In this document: one piece after another, positions 19,277-30,126 of the stretch
Numbering within the stretch: position 1 is the stretch's first letter
How the letters are laid out: each line of letters opens with the position of its first letter
The notes under the pieces: model-generated
Told to the model about the DNA's origin: nothing
The model's database searches: none
Seen by the model: the letters and a program-made list of their open reading frames with translations, nothing else
Sequence record: DRR723986_9819
Direction: 5' to 3' (one strand)
Length of the DNA stretch: 36,367 nt
Position numbers and translations under genes: made by a program

Positions 19277-21151
19277 ATGAAACAAGCTAAATCTTCTGTA
19301 CCAATAGTGGCGATGATCGTCCTTCTGCTGACGGGATCCTGGATTCTGCGTCCCGTTGAAGCAGAGCTACCTGACCTTGGGATTACATTTACGGAAGTTG
19401 CTGAAGAGGCTAACTGTTTAAATCAACATACTAAAGTTGAGTTGGCTTCGCGCTTTGAAAACATTATGCCCTGGCTCTCCTCAGTTGGAGCAGCCGTGGC
19501 AACTGGAGATTTTGACGGCGATGGATTTGTGGATTACTACGCCACAAACTGCGGCCGTGACTCACATAACCGTTTATACCGCAACCGTGGCAATGGAACG
19601 TTTGAAGATGTTGCAACTGCCTGGGGCGTAGCCGACTACAATGGCGTCGGCGCTTCTATGGATGCCGTTTTTCTGGATTTTGACAATGACGGTGACGAGG
19701 ACTTGTATCTGGTCAAATGGGCCGCCACAAATGTTCTGTTTGAGAATGTTGGCGATCGCTTTGTTGACCGTACAACCTCCGCCGGCGTTGGATTCTGGGG
19801 CTACGCTAATTCCGTGGTAACACTGGATTACGACCGTGACGGCCTGCTGGACATTCTGGTTGGAAATTATTTTGCTGAAGAAGTTCAGGATGAAAATACC
19901 GGACAGCTTGTCCGCAGTGATCTTTGGGATCCCGTATCGTCAAAAGTCATGCACGCCACATTTACGCACGCCACGAATGGTGGCCGCAATGTACTCTACA
20001 AAAACAACGGCAACGGAACCTTCCGTGACGTGACGATGGAGACGGGCATTGGGCACACCGGCTGGACGCTGGATATCGGCGTTGGCGATCTTAACAACGA
20101 TGGCTGGACGGATTTGTACGTATCGAATGACTTTGGTGCTGACGAAATCTACTTTAACACCGGTGCTACATCCGAGACGACAACATTCACGATTCATATC
20201 GATCCGGACGGACATCCGGGTGCCGGTAATGACTGGTGGAAAGGCATGAACTGTGATATCGGCGATGTTAACAATGATGGCCGTCAAGACGTGTACGTCA
20301 CAAACATCCTGGCACATCGCTATAAAACCGATGAGGGTAACATGCTGTGGTTAAACACAGCACAGGATGATATGGAAGGCGGAGTTAAATTCAGCAATAT
20401 TGGCAAAGAAGTAGATGTACACGATGGTGGCTGGGGTTGGGGCGGTCGCTTCTGCGATATGAACAACGACGGCCTGATGGACATCTTTGCACTTAACGGT
20501 TTCGCCACTGGTAAAGACCGTGACAACACTTATTGGTTTGCGTTGCAGGAAATGGTAACACAAACCAAAAACAACGCTTCTGATACAGAAGTATGGCCCG
20601 ATATGGGTGATCGTGATTTGTCTGGACATGAACCAAGTCGCTTGTTCATTCAACGTCCTACCAGCGAAAGCCAACCCGAGTTTATTGAGTATGCAGAGCT
20701 GGCGGGAATTACCGACCTGTACAACGGTCGTGGAATCGGTCTTGCAGACTATGACAATGATGGAGACCTGGACATGTATATCGCCAACCAGGGTGCGCCA
20801 AGTTGTTTGTACCGCAATGAAACCGGCAACACATCCGGCTCCTGGCTGGGACTCAAGCTGGTCGGACGTCCTGACGCACCAAAGCAGATTGATGGTCGCA
20901 TGTACGCTACCACCATGAATGCTGCAGGCGCACGCGTAGAGGTTTGGGCCGGTGGTCAGTACCATGTTAACGAACAGAACGAAGTCAATGGTTTTGCCGG
21001 TCAGGGAGACCGCCGCCTGCACTTTGGTCTGGGACAGGTTAACGAAATCGAACGGATCGTAATCTCGTGGCCAAGTGGGCGCACTACCACGATGGAAGGT
21101 GGCGATGTATTAGCCATTAATTCCTACCACGAGATTGTAGAGACGATCTGA
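19277..21151 (+). CDS. unbV: Enediyne cassette protein E4/UnbV (CRTAC1 family: FG-GAP/VCBS repeats + ASPIC/UnbV domain)
   Basis: Repeated DFDGDG/DFDNDGD/DYDRDG/DLNNDG/DVNNDG motifs; GWGWGGRFCDMNNDG; DLSGHE; C-terminal GFAGQGDRRLHFGLG..ISWPSG; N-terminal signal/anchor; SD GGGAG before ATG 19277. Confidence 0.88.
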   Translation: MKQAKSSVPIVAMIVLLLTGSWILRPVEAELPDLGITFTEVAEEANCLNQHTKVELASRFENIMPWLSSVGAAVATGDFDGDGFVDYYATNCGRDSHNRLYRNRGNGTFEDVATAWGVADYNGVGASMDAVFLDFDNDGDEDLYLVKWAATNVLFENVGDRFVDRTTSAGVGFWGYANSVVTLDYDRDGLLDILVGNYFAEEVQDENTGQLVRSDLWDPVSSKVMHATFTHATNGGRNVLYKNNGNGTFRDVTMETGIGHTGWTLDIGVGDLNNDGWTDLYVSNDFGADEIYFNTGATSETTTFTIHIDPDGHPGAGNDWWKGMNCDIGDVNNDGRQDVYVTNILAHRYKTDEGNMLWLNTAQDDMEGGVKFSNIGKEVDVHDGGWGWGGRFCDMNNDGLMDIFALNGFATGKDRDNTYWFALQEMVTQTKNNASDTEVWPDMGDRDLSGHEPSRLFIQRPTSESQPEFIEYAELAGITDLYNGRGIGLADYDNDGDLDMYIANQGAPSCLYRNETGNTSGSWLGLKLVGRPDAPKQIDGRMYATTMNAAGARVEVWAGGQYHVNEQNEVNGFAGQGDRRLHFGLGQVNEIERIVISWPSGRTTTMEGGDVLAINSYHEIVETI

Positions 21152-21281
21152 CAACCACACTATGACATATAGATGCCTGCCGTGCAGTGTGTTGCGCGAA
21201 AAAGAAACAAGCACACGGCGGCAGGCGATTTTATCTCACAAGCTTCGCATTTCAACAACGCTATTGAACGGAGATACTACC

Positions 21282-22295
21282 GTGAAATTCAAAATTATCG
21301 GCGTCGTCGCAACTATCGTCGTAGTTGTCCTTGCCATCTTTGCCTACCAACGTGCCGGCATTCTGGACCTTCCCGAAGTACCACAGGACTTAACAGCCGA
21401 CATGGTTGGTCTTGGAGGAATTGATACGCTGCGTTTTTCGCAGAACAAACTTGATTCTGGATCTTACTTCGGCGGTGTCAATGATAAAGGCACGGCAGTT
21501 ATGGCTATGGGCGCAGAACAGTTCCGCAAGGGAACATATGAGCGCGGACTGGAAGTGATGCGCATGGGCTTTAACTTTGACCCGAATAACCTGGCCCTGG
21601 GTAATGCCTTCCGTCTGTGTGTACTGGAAGCTCAGCGTGACTATTTGCGCAAGGCGGCCAAGGCGCGTCAACAGAAAGTGCGTCTGCCAATTTGGTTAAA
21701 CAATGAACCACGCCGGACCTTTGACAGCCGCTATAGAATTTACCGCTCGCGTGAGCTGAAATTCCAAAACGCGATGGCACTTGTAGACAAGATGCTTTTA
21801 TATCCCGCGCTAGAAATCAAGGCGCCTGCCAGCGTTGAAGCCGTAGAGTTATTGACGGAGATACTCGAAGAAAATAATGGAGAGAACAAATACTACGTTC
21901 CGGCGCTGTTTGCCCGTGGGCTGAACTATTTGTACCGGCCGGCAAATCTGGAATGGCCGGAAACGATTAAATCCTCCCCTACAGCTGCCAGTGATGATTT
22001 GGCGATGTGTGTGGCAATTGGTCAGGTCGTAGGTGTGGGTTCTGATGAACTTAAAGCACGCCTCTCGATGACGCTGGGTGACGCACATGTTAAGGAAGGT
22101 AACATCTCAAAAGGACGCTCATGGTGGCAAATCGCATACAACCTTAACAAAAGTGATAAGGCGTTTGCAGCTGAGATTAACGAGCGTACATCCTGGAAAG
22201 ATGATGAAGCAGGTGACAAGCTTGAGCGCCTGCTCGAACAACAAATGAATAATATTGCAAAACCGCTTACCGATATGAGGTTCATGTGGAAATGA
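21282..22295 (+). CDS. Membrane-anchored helical/TPR-like hypothetical protein inside the cassette
   Basis: GTG start after GGAGA; N-terminal TM; TPR-like segments (..GLEVMRMGFNFDPNN.., LGDAHVKEGNISKGRSWWQIA); ATGA overlap with the next gene. Confidence 0.7.
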   Translation: MKFKIIGVVATIVVVVLAIFAYQRAGILDLPEVPQDLTADMVGLGGIDTLRFSQNKLDSGSYFGGVNDKGTAVMAMGAEQFRKGTYERGLEVMRMGFNFDPNNLALGNAFRLCVLEAQRDYLRKAAKARQQKVRLPIWLNNEPRRTFDSRYRIYRSRELKFQNAMALVDKMLLYPALEIKAPASVEAVELLTEILEENNGENKYYVPALFARGLNYLYRPANLEWPETIKSSPTAASDDLAMCVAIGQVVGVGSDELKARLSMTLGDAHVKEGNISKGRSWWQIAYNLNKSDKAFAAEINERTSWKDDEAGDKLERLLEQQMNNIAKPLTDMRFMWK

Positions 22296-23203
22296 ACGCC
22301 ACAGCCCCAGCGGCTCAAAAAACATCACCGGCGCCAATGAAATTTGTGTTGCCAAAATTGCGAGACCCACGCGTGACGCTGCTGTGTATCCTTGGAACAT
22401 ACACGGCACTGGGGCAGTTCGTCTTCTACTTCAACGTAAGTATGGAGCAGCTGCTGTTGACAATTGGTGTGACAGGAGGTTTGGACTTCCTGATTACCCT
22501 GTTTAAGCGTCGCCGCATAGAAATACCACTCAGCGGAATCATTACAGGCCTTAGCCTGGGCCTGCTGCTTGAGTCATACAGCAGCGTCATCTTTGTTGTT
22601 GCTGCCGTATGGTCAATTGCTTCAAAGTACTTGATCAAGTACAAAGGCGTGCAGGTGTTTAACCCGTCAAACTTCGGTATCGTAGCAGCGTTGTTGCTGA
22701 TGCATGGAACTGTAACGGTCGCTCCCGGCTCACAATGGGGTAGTGAAATTTTATACTCCGTCATCGTGCTTTCTTTTGGCCTGATGATGAGCTGGCGTGT
22801 TAACAGGCTGCCGCTTGTATTGGGTTGGGCAGGTGGATTTGTATTGATGGGACTGGTGCGCATGTCGCTCGGGCAAGGTGGATTAATATTCGTGCTTGGG
22901 CCAATGACGGGCGCTGAGTTTATGCTCTTTACGATTTCGATGGTACCTGATCCCAAGGCTTCACCTAAACACGTTGTGACGCAGGTAGTTTGGGGACTTT
23001 CGATTGCGCTGATTGATGGAGTGATGCGCTTCAGTGAGATGCGTTTCTCAATGTTCTACGCTCTGTTTATCCTTTGTGCAATTCGCCCATGGTTTGAAAG
23101 TGCCGTTGAACGGATATTTAACCTGGCCGAAGACCAGCGTGCTTGGACAGGTGGTAACGCCCGCCAGCCTGCCGCAGTTTTGAAGGATAAGGCCGCCGCC
23201 TGA
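22292..23203 (+). CDS. unbU: Enediyne cassette protein E5/UnbU-like membrane protein (RnfD/NqrB-like)
   Basis: Multi-TM; ITGLSLGLLL, SIASKYLIK...QVFNPSNFGI, FTISMVPDPKASP; located in the PKSE cassette. Confidence 0.8.
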   Translation: MNATAPAAQKTSPAPMKFVLPKLRDPRVTLLCILGTYTALGQFVFYFNVSMEQLLLTIGVTGGLDFLITLFKRRRIEIPLSGIITGLSLGLLLESYSSVIFVVAAVWSIASKYLIKYKGVQVFNPSNFGIVAALLLMHGTVTVAPGSQWGSEILYSVIVLSFGLMMSWRVNRLPLVLGWAGGFVLMGLVRMSLGQGGLIFVLGPMTGAEFMLFTISMVPDPKASPKHVVTQVVWGLSIALIDGVMRFSEMRFSMFYALFILCAIRPWFESAVERIFNLAEDQRAWTGGNARQPAAVLKDKAAA

Positions 23204-23289
23204 TTTCCACCTGAAATCATGCAGACAAAAATGTACACCAAGAATGTGCGGCAGCTCAGCAACGGCTGCCGCCGAAAGGAAACACTACT

Positions 23290-24252
23290 ATGATCGGTTC
23301 AGTGATGGCCTGGTGGATCGGACGCCTGATAGATAATATGCGTTTTCCCAACCAGGGTCCGGGAGGAGAAGAAACAACACGGCAGGTAATGCAGTCCTTC
23401 GGTGCTGGTGCTAAACTGGGACTGCGCAACAAGTCTTTGGAACAAGTGCGTGCCTATTCAGATAACCTGCCGTGGAGCCACCGTGCGTTTTACCACGAAG
23501 GTCATGCAATGGGTGTTGCTGCGCGATGTGCTATGCGTCTTAAGTCCGGCACTCCGGAAGCAATGTTTGACTATGAAGAATACCGCCTGATGCGCTATGT
23601 CGGTTACGGTTTTTGGAACGGAGCAACCACAAAGTATCCCGCGCCAAAAATGGATGAGACAAGTGCACTCTGGGGCGATGAGGAGACCTGGCAGAAGTAC
23701 CGTCTGCTGATGCCCAACGGCTTTGGTTTCTCTACAGTGATGTTTCGCGGTGTTTTTGATGACTCTGCAATTGCAAGCATCGAACAACTCGGTGACGAGG
23801 AATCGCGCGAAGCAGCATACCATGGCGTCGGTCGTGTTTTGTGGTTTCTCTACATGCACAACTATGATGAGTTAAACAGGATTCTGAATCAACAAGTCTG
23901 GCGCAGTGAGCCGCTTGCAATCGGTTTGGGTTTGGCAATGGGGTTTACCCAGGTCGCTATGCCGGATGCCGTTATGCGCGCCGTTGACCAGATTGACGAA
24001 CGCCACCGTGAAAACGTTCTGCGCGGAGTTGGAATCGCCCTGGAAACACATGCCAGCAATAGCCCGGAGGGGCGCATTCAGGTTGAGCGATCAGTATACG
24101 GTGAGTTGCGTCTCCGTTATGACATCGCCCTGGAAGCGACTGCTTCAGGAACGGGAGAAAACTGGTACCGCCTCTATCACGAAAACACGCGCCGGAAATC
24201 TCGCGCGGAATTTGCGCAGGCCATGTCAAATGGCGCGGCCGTACGACGTTAA
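23290..24252 (+). CDS. unbL: Enediyne cassette protein E3/UnbL (DUF1702 family)
   Basis: AFYHEGHAMG, YVGYGF, NGFGF, GVGRVLWF, GLGLAMGF, GVGIA motifs; 320 aa; directly upstream of pksE. Confidence 0.8.
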   Translation: MIGSVMAWWIGRLIDNMRFPNQGPGGEETTRQVMQSFGAGAKLGLRNKSLEQVRAYSDNLPWSHRAFYHEGHAMGVAARCAMRLKSGTPEAMFDYEEYRLMRYVGYGFWNGATTKYPAPKMDETSALWGDEETWQKYRLLMPNGFGFSTVMFRGVFDDSAIASIEQLGDEESREAAYHGVGRVLWFLYMHNYDELNRILNQQVWRSEPLAIGLGLAMGFTQVAMPDAVMRAVDQIDERHRENVLRGVGIALETHASNSPEGRIQVERSVYGELRLRYDIALEATASGTGENWYRLYHENTRRKSRAEFAQAMSNGAAVRR

Positions 24253-24294
24253 ACATCAAACCTCACTCGGTCGGATCTCTCAAGGAACACAGAA

Positions 24295-27200
24295 ATGACA
24301 ACATACAACGATCACGACATTGCAATTGTCGGAATGGGCTGCCGCTATCCAGATGCGGAGTCACCGGAAGATTTACTTAACAATACCCTCGCGCATCGTC
24401 GTGCCTTTCGTCGGTTTCCCGATGAGCGCCTGCGCCTGGAAGACTATCATTCAATGGATCGCAGCTTAGCCGATAAAACCTATGCTACGGAAGCCGCCGT
24501 CCTGGAAGGATTTGAATTTGACCGGATTCGCTATCGTGTGGCCGGCAAGACATTCCGTTCGGCCGACATGGCACACTGGCTGGCATTGGATGTAGCTACG
24601 CGTGCGCTCTACGATGCGGGTTTCCCGGACGCGGAAGGCTTGCCACGCAAACGCACCGGCGTAATCATCGGCAACACCTTAACCGGTGAATTTTCGCGTG
24701 CCAATATCACACGACTGCGCTGGCCGTATGTACGCCGCGTTATGGAGTCCGGTCTTCGTGAAGAAGGCTGGTCTGGCGAAGAGATTGGAATGTTTCTGGC
24801 GCGCATGGAAAAACGCTTTAAGAAACCCTTTCCCGAAATTGCCGAAGAATCACTGGCAGGTGGCTTGTCAAATACCATTGCCGGGCGCATCTGTAATTAC
24901 TACGATTTGCATGGCGGCGGATATACTGTAGACGGTGCCTGTGCTTCCTCACTTCTGGCAGTCGTAACCGCCTGTAATTCACTTGCTGCCGGCGACATAG
25001 ATGTAGCCATGGCCGGTGGTGTTGACCTTAGTCTTGATCCATTTGAAATTGTTGGATTCGCTAAAACAGGCGCGCTTGCAGCAAATGACATGCGCGTGTT
25101 TGAAGAGCGCTCAGCTGGATTTTGGCCCGGTGAAGGTTGCGGTTTTGTAGTGCTGATGCGCTACGCAGATGCCGTCAAGGGCGGTCATCGTATTTACTCT
25201 GCCATTCGCGGCTGGGGCATTTCTTCTGACGGCTCTGGTGGTATCACTCGACCCGAAGTTGAAGGCCAACTGCAAGCTGTTAATGCCGCCTATGATAAAG
25301 CCGGATACACTGCCGATAGCGTAACGTTCTTTGAAGGGCATGGCACCGGAACTGCGCTTGGTGATGATACCGAACTTAAAACTTTAACGCGTGCGGTTCG
25401 TGAAGCGGGCGCGGCTTATGGTCGCAGCTACATTGCTTCTACCAAAGCAAATATTGGACATACTAAAGCTGCTGCAGGCGTGGCCGGTTTAATTAAGGCA
25501 ACAATGGCCTTAAACAAACAAGTGATTCCGCCACTGACAAACTTGGAGCGCTCTCACCCGGTAATCGCCGATGCCGATGGTATGTTGCAGACTGTTAACA
25601 AAGGAATCTCCTGGCCGGAAGACCGGCCGCTGCGCGCAGGTGTCAGCGCAATGGGGTTTGGTGGAATTAACACACACTTAACGCTCGAGAATCCAGCGGA
25701 AGATCGCCGTAGTGGATTTACGGATTCCGAACAATCTGTTTTGCGTTCTGCGCAAGACTGTGAGCTATTTGTATTCGGTGGAGCTGATCGGGACGAACTG
25801 CGCACAAAAGTGAATCAAGTTGCCGACTATGCCGAAAAACTTTCGCGAGCACAACTTGCCGATCTGGCGCACACCCTGTTTAACGAACTGGACGCTGATG
25901 CGCCCTTCCGTGCGGCCGTAGTGGCAAACCTGCCATCCGAATTGGACACGCGCCTGCACAAAGTTCTTGAGCTGATGGACTCGGGCGTAACAGAGCAGAT
26001 TGATGTTGGTGATGGAATTATGCTGGGCAGCTCGGATCAGGTTCCACGTATTGGCTTCCTGTTTCCTGGTCAGGGGGCACCGGCGAATCTGGATGGTGGA
26101 ATTTTCCGCCGTCGCTTTGATTTCATCGATGAGCTGTATGACCGTGCGAATTTGCCAACAGGTGTAGATGGTGTTGCCACCGACGTAGCGCAGCCGGCGA
26201 TTGTAACCGCCTCCCTGGCTGGAATGCAGCTACTGCAGCAGCTGGGAATTGAGGCCGACTGTGGTGTTGGGCATTCGCTGGGAGAAATCAGCGCACTTGG
26301 CTGGGCCGGCGCGGCAGACGAAGAAACTTTAATGCGGGTTGCACGTGCACGCGGTCGGGCTATGGCCGATCTTGGCAGCCCTACAGGTGCCATGGCCAGC
26401 CTTGGTGCTGGTCGCCAGCGTGTTGAGCGCTTGTTAAACGGACACGACACTGTAATCGCAGGCTTAAACTCCTCACGTCAAACCGTTATTTCCGGTGAAC
26501 GTGAGCTGGTGCATGAAATAGTTAAACGCGCCAAAGCCGCCGGAATCAGTGCCGTACCGCTGCAGGTATCACATGCTTTTCACTCACCGTTGGTAGCTGC
26601 CGCCGTTCCCGTACTTCAGGATTACATTAACACTGAGTCATTCAAGAATCTGGAACGGACGGTGTATTCAACAGTTAGTGGTAGCGAGCTGGAAAAAGAT
26701 GCCGACATTGTTGATCTGCTTGGCCGCCAGGTGACGCATGCCGTGCGATTCGTTGAAGCGGCAGGTAAAGCGATGAACGATGTCGATTTGGCAATCGAAG
26801 TCGGTCCAGGGAAAATCTTGAGTGGCCTCGTTAGCGACTACGACATTCCAACGATTTCACTTAACGTTGGCGGCTCTTCGTTGCGCGGTTTGCTGCACGC
26901 CGCCGGCGCTGCGTTTGTATTGGGCGCCAAGCCAAACTTAAACACGCTGTTTGACGATCGTTTTGTACGGCCTTTTGTTCTTGACTGGCAGCCGAGCTTC
27001 CTTGTTAACAATTGTGAGTTGGCGCCACTATCACATGGTCTTCCGGCACATTTTCAATTGGAAGAAGAGTCCGCCGATACAACGGATCTCAACGGTGTTA
27101 CTGATGGACCGGCCAATGGCGCCGCGACTGATGCTTCGCCGCTAGATACAATTCGGCGGCTGGTGGCTGAACGGGCTGAATTACCTTCCGAAGCGATTAA

Positions 27201-30126
27201 TGATGGCGACCGCATGTTAACAGACTTGCACCTGAACTCAATTGCCGTGAGTCAACTGGTAATTGAGTCCGCCAGAGAACTGCAGGTCGATCCGCCCGCC
27301 AACCCAACGAATTATGCCGATGCTACCGTGCAAGAAATTGCCGATGCTTTGAGTGAACTGGGGCAGGGCGGTGAGACACAACACAAGGTTGTTCCCAAAA
27401 TCCCCAATGGCGTAGACACCTGGGTACAGTCCTTTGCGGTTACGCAATTTGAAGAAACAGCGCCGCCTGCGCCACAAAACGCAGAGGCGGCCGAATGGAA
27501 ACTAAGCACCCCTGCCGGGTACACGTTGGAGGAAGCGTTACGCACGCGGCTCGATCGCGCTTCGGGTACTGGCGGCAGCATCGTCTGTTTGCCGACGAAT
27601 CCGGATGAAGTTGCTGTGGAACGCCTTCTGAGCGCCATGCGTGAATTCCTGCATTCAAGGCAAACCGCGACTTTCGTCTTGGTGCAACACGGTGGGGGAG
27701 CTGCTTCTATGATTCGGACGCTTCAACTTGAAGCGCCTGAAGTTAATACTGTAGTTGTAGATGTTCCCCTGGATGCGCCTGCGGCGGCGGATTGGATTGT
27801 CCATGAAGCCGTAACAGCTGACGGACACCGCGAAGTTAACTATGATAGTTCAGGGCGCCGCACAGTACCGCGTTTAACTTTGTACCAGGGTGCTGAACCA
27901 GTTGACGAAAAACCACTGAGTTCTGAGGACGTTTTGTTGGTGACCGGTGGCGGCAAAGGTATTACGGCCGAATGTGCCCTGATCATCGCCCAGGAGTCCG
28001 GCGCTAAACTCGCTTTGCTGGGGCGCTCGCGTCCGGATAGCGATACAGAACTCAAAGAGAATCTGGAACGAATGCAGGCTGCGGGTTGCAATCTGCGATA
28101 CTACTCAACAGACATCACGGATTCTGACAAGCTGGTTGCCACATTGGATAATATCCAGTCTGAGCTGGGTGCCATAACAGCCATTCTGCATGGTGCCGGT
28201 GCCAACAAGCCCAAACTTATCCAGGCGCTGGAAATGGAAGACTTCCGCCGCACTCTTGGACCAAAAGTATACGGGCTGCGCTACATTCTTAAACATCTTG
28301 ATGCTCAAAACATCAAAATGTTAATCTCCTTCTCATCCATCATTGCCCGTTCCGGCATGCACGGTGAAGCTGATTACGCGCTGGCCAACGAGTGGTTAAC
28401 ACGGATGACTGAACAGTATGCCACTGATAACCCACACGTTCGAGCCCTCTCAATCGAATGGTCGGTCTGGTCCGGCGTCGGAATGGGGGAACGCCTCGGT
28501 GCTGTTGAAGCCCTGATGCAAAAAGGCATTACGCCAATTTCCCCGGATGCAGGTATTGCCATAATGCGCGATTTAATCTGCGCACGCGGCAGTGATGTTG
28601 CACTGGTTGTCTCTGGACGATTTGGCGATTCGCCGACGCTCGTTTTTGACCGTCCCGAATTACCTTTCCGCCGCTTCCTTGAAAACACGCGTTTCCATGT
28701 GCCCGGCGTAGAGCTGATTGTAGACAGTGAGCTTTCGCTGGAAAATGATCCCTACTTAAACGAACACGTCTTCCGCGGTGAGCGGCTGTTGCCTGCCGTT
28801 GTAGGAATGGAAGCCATGGCGCAGACAGCCATGGCGCTGCGTGCCACCGAACAGCAACCATGGTTTGAAAATGCTCAGTTTCATCGCCCGGTTGTTGTTT
28901 CCGAACGCAATCCTCAGCAAATACGAGTGGCTGCGATCGCAAGAAGCGCTGACGTAGTTGACGTTGTACTGCGTTCTGCCGAAAGTAATTTTCAGGTTGA
29001 TGTGTTCAGCGTTCGTTGCCGTTTTGATGCACGACCCGAACTCTCACCAGTCGATGAAAACTTTGTTGAAAGTGCACCTGCAGAAATGACACATGTGCAG
29101 ATTGATCCGGCCACAGATTTATATGGTGGGATTTTCTTTCACACCGGGCGCTTCCAGCGTGTACGCTCATACCGCTCACTGCATGCCACGCGTGCCGTTG
29201 CGGAAATTGACACGACTCCAGCCGGCAAGTGGTTTGGGCGCTATCTGCCGCAAACACTGGTGCTGGGTGATGCAGCCGTGCGCGATGCCGTAATCCATTC
29301 GATACTTGCATGTCTGCCGCACGCAACCTTGTTGCCAATTGGTGTTGACGCATTGCTCCCGGCTATGCAGCCGCATGAGGGACCCGTGTTTATCCATGCG
29401 AACGAACGTTTGCGCGAAGACAAACTGTTTATCTACGACGTGCGCGTTACCGATGAACAGGGCCGTATTCTGGAGCGCTGGGATGGCTTGCGCCTGCAAA
29501 TGATCGCGGAGAATCCTCCAAGTGATGCATGGGTTGAAGCTCTGCTGGGGCCATACATGGAACGCCGGGTTGGCGAACTTGTAGAAGGTGCCAACTGCAG
29601 GGCTGTTGTCCAGCGCGACACCAGTGATGATCGCCACACAAATAGCAATGCGGCAATTCAACGCGCCCTTGGATCCGAAGTGTCCATCATGCGACGCCCA
29701 GATGGGAAACCGGAGTTGCTCAATGATGCTCGTGAAGTCTCAGCGGCACACTCTTCCGGTTTAACATTTGCTGTGGCAGGCGAAGGTCCGCTTGGATGTG
29801 ACCTGGAGCCGGTTGTTGCACGACCAGCACAATTGTGGCGGGACCTGCTCGGTGCCGAACGTTATCAGCTTGCAGAGTTACTGGCACGTGAACTGAATGA
29901 GGATGCCGACCTTTCCGCCACACGCGTGTGGGAAGCCGGTGAGTGTTTAACAAAGGCGGGAGCTCTTCCTAATGCTCCGCTGGTGTATCACTCTTCAACA
30001 GTTGACGGATGGGTTCTCTTTGCATCCGGTTCTCTTGTAGCCGCCACCTATGTTGGGCCGCTGCGAAATTCAAAAGGTTTAACAGCATTGGCTATTCTGG
30101 TCAGGAGGATGAATGAAAGCGTTTGA
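24295..30126 (+). CDS. pksE: Enediyne-type iterative type I polyketide synthase (KS-AT-ACP-KR-DH-PPTase)
   Basis: 1943 aa; KS DGACASSL/EGHGTGT/NIGHTKAAAG with GEFSRAN..RLRWPYVRR; AT GHSLGE and HAFH; internal ACP DLHLNSI; KR TGGGKGIT..YALAN; DH HVFRGERLLP; C-terminal PPTase GCDLEPV..RVWEAGECLTKAG. Confidence 0.96.
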   Translation: MTTYNDHDIAIVGMGCRYPDAESPEDLLNNTLAHRRAFRRFPDERLRLEDYHSMDRSLADKTYATEAAVLEGFEFDRIRYRVAGKTFRSADMAHWLALDVATRALYDAGFPDAEGLPRKRTGVIIGNTLTGEFSRANITRLRWPYVRRVMESGLREEGWSGEEIGMFLARMEKRFKKPFPEIAEESLAGGLSNTIAGRICNYYDLHGGGYTVDGACASSLLAVVTACNSLAAGDIDVAMAGGVDLSLDPFEIVGFAKTGALAANDMRVFEERSAGFWPGEGCGFVVLMRYADAVKGGHRIYSAIRGWGISSDGSGGITRPEVEGQLQAVNAAYDKAGYTADSVTFFEGHGTGTALGDDTELKTLTRAVREAGAAYGRSYIASTKANIGHTKAAAGVAGLIKATMALNKQVIPPLTNLERSHPVIADADGMLQTVNKGISWPEDRPLRAGVSAMGFGGINTHLTLENPAEDRRSGFTDSEQSVLRSAQDCELFVFGGADRDELRTKVNQVADYAEKLSRAQLADLAHTLFNELDADAPFRAAVVANLPSELDTRLHKVLELMDSGVTEQIDVGDGIMLGSSDQVPRIGFLFPGQGAPANLDGGIFRRRFDFIDELYDRANLPTGVDGVATDVAQPAIVTASLAGMQLLQQLGIEADCGVGHSLGEISALGWAGAADEETLMRVARARGRAMADLGSPTGAMASLGAGRQRVERLLNGHDTVIAGLNSSRQTVISGERELVHEIVKRAKAAGISAVPLQVSHAFHSPLVAAAVPVLQDYINTESFKNLERTVYSTVSGSELEKDADIVDLLGRQVTHAVRFVEAAGKAMNDVDLAIEVGPGKILSGLVSDYDIPTISLNVGGSSLRGLLHAAGAAFVLGAKPNLNTLFDDRFVRPFVLDWQPSFLVNNCELAPLSHGLPAHFQLEEESADTTDLNGVTDGPANGAATDASPLDTIRRLVAERAELPSEAINDGDRMLTDLHLNSIAVSQLVIESARELQVDPPANPTNYADATVQEIADALSELGQGGETQHKVVPKIPNGVDTWVQSFAVTQFEETAPPAPQNAEAAEWKLSTPAGYTLEEALRTRLDRASGTGGSIVCLPTNPDEVAVERLLSAMREFLHSRQTATFVLVQHGGGAASMIRTLQLEAPEVNTVVVDVPLDAPAAADWIVHEAVTADGHREVNYDSSGRRTVPRLTLYQGAEPVDEKPLSSEDVLLVTGGGKGITAECALIIAQESGAKLALLGRSRPDSDTELKENLERMQAAGCNLRYYSTDITDSDKLVATLDNIQSELGAITAILHGAGANKPKLIQALEMEDFRRTLGPKVYGLRYILKHLDAQNIKMLISFSSIIARSGMHGEADYALANEWLTRMTEQYATDNPHVRALSIEWSVWSGVGMGERLGAVEALMQKGITPISPDAGIAIMRDLICARGSDVALVVSGRFGDSPTLVFDRPELPFRRFLENTRFHVPGVELIVDSELSLENDPYLNEHVFRGERLLPAVVGMEAMAQTAMALRATEQQPWFENAQFHRPVVVSERNPQQIRVAAIARSADVVDVVLRSAESNFQVDVFSVRCRFDARPELSPVDENFVESAPAEMTHVQIDPATDLYGGIFFHTGRFQRVRSYRSLHATRAVAEIDTTPAGKWFGRYLPQTLVLGDAAVRDAVIHSILACLPHATLLPIGVDALLPAMQPHEGPVFIHANERLREDKLFIYDVRVTDEQGRILERWDGLRLQMIAENPPSDAWVEALLGPYMERRVGELVEGANCRAVVQRDTSDDRHTNSNAAIQRALGSEVSIMRRPDGKPELLNDAREVSAAHSSGLTFAVAGEGPLGCDLEPVVARPAQLWRDLLGAERYQLAELLARELNEDADLSATRVWEAGECLTKAGALPNAPLVYHSSTVDGWVLFASGSLVAATYVGPLRNSKGLTALAILVRRMNESV

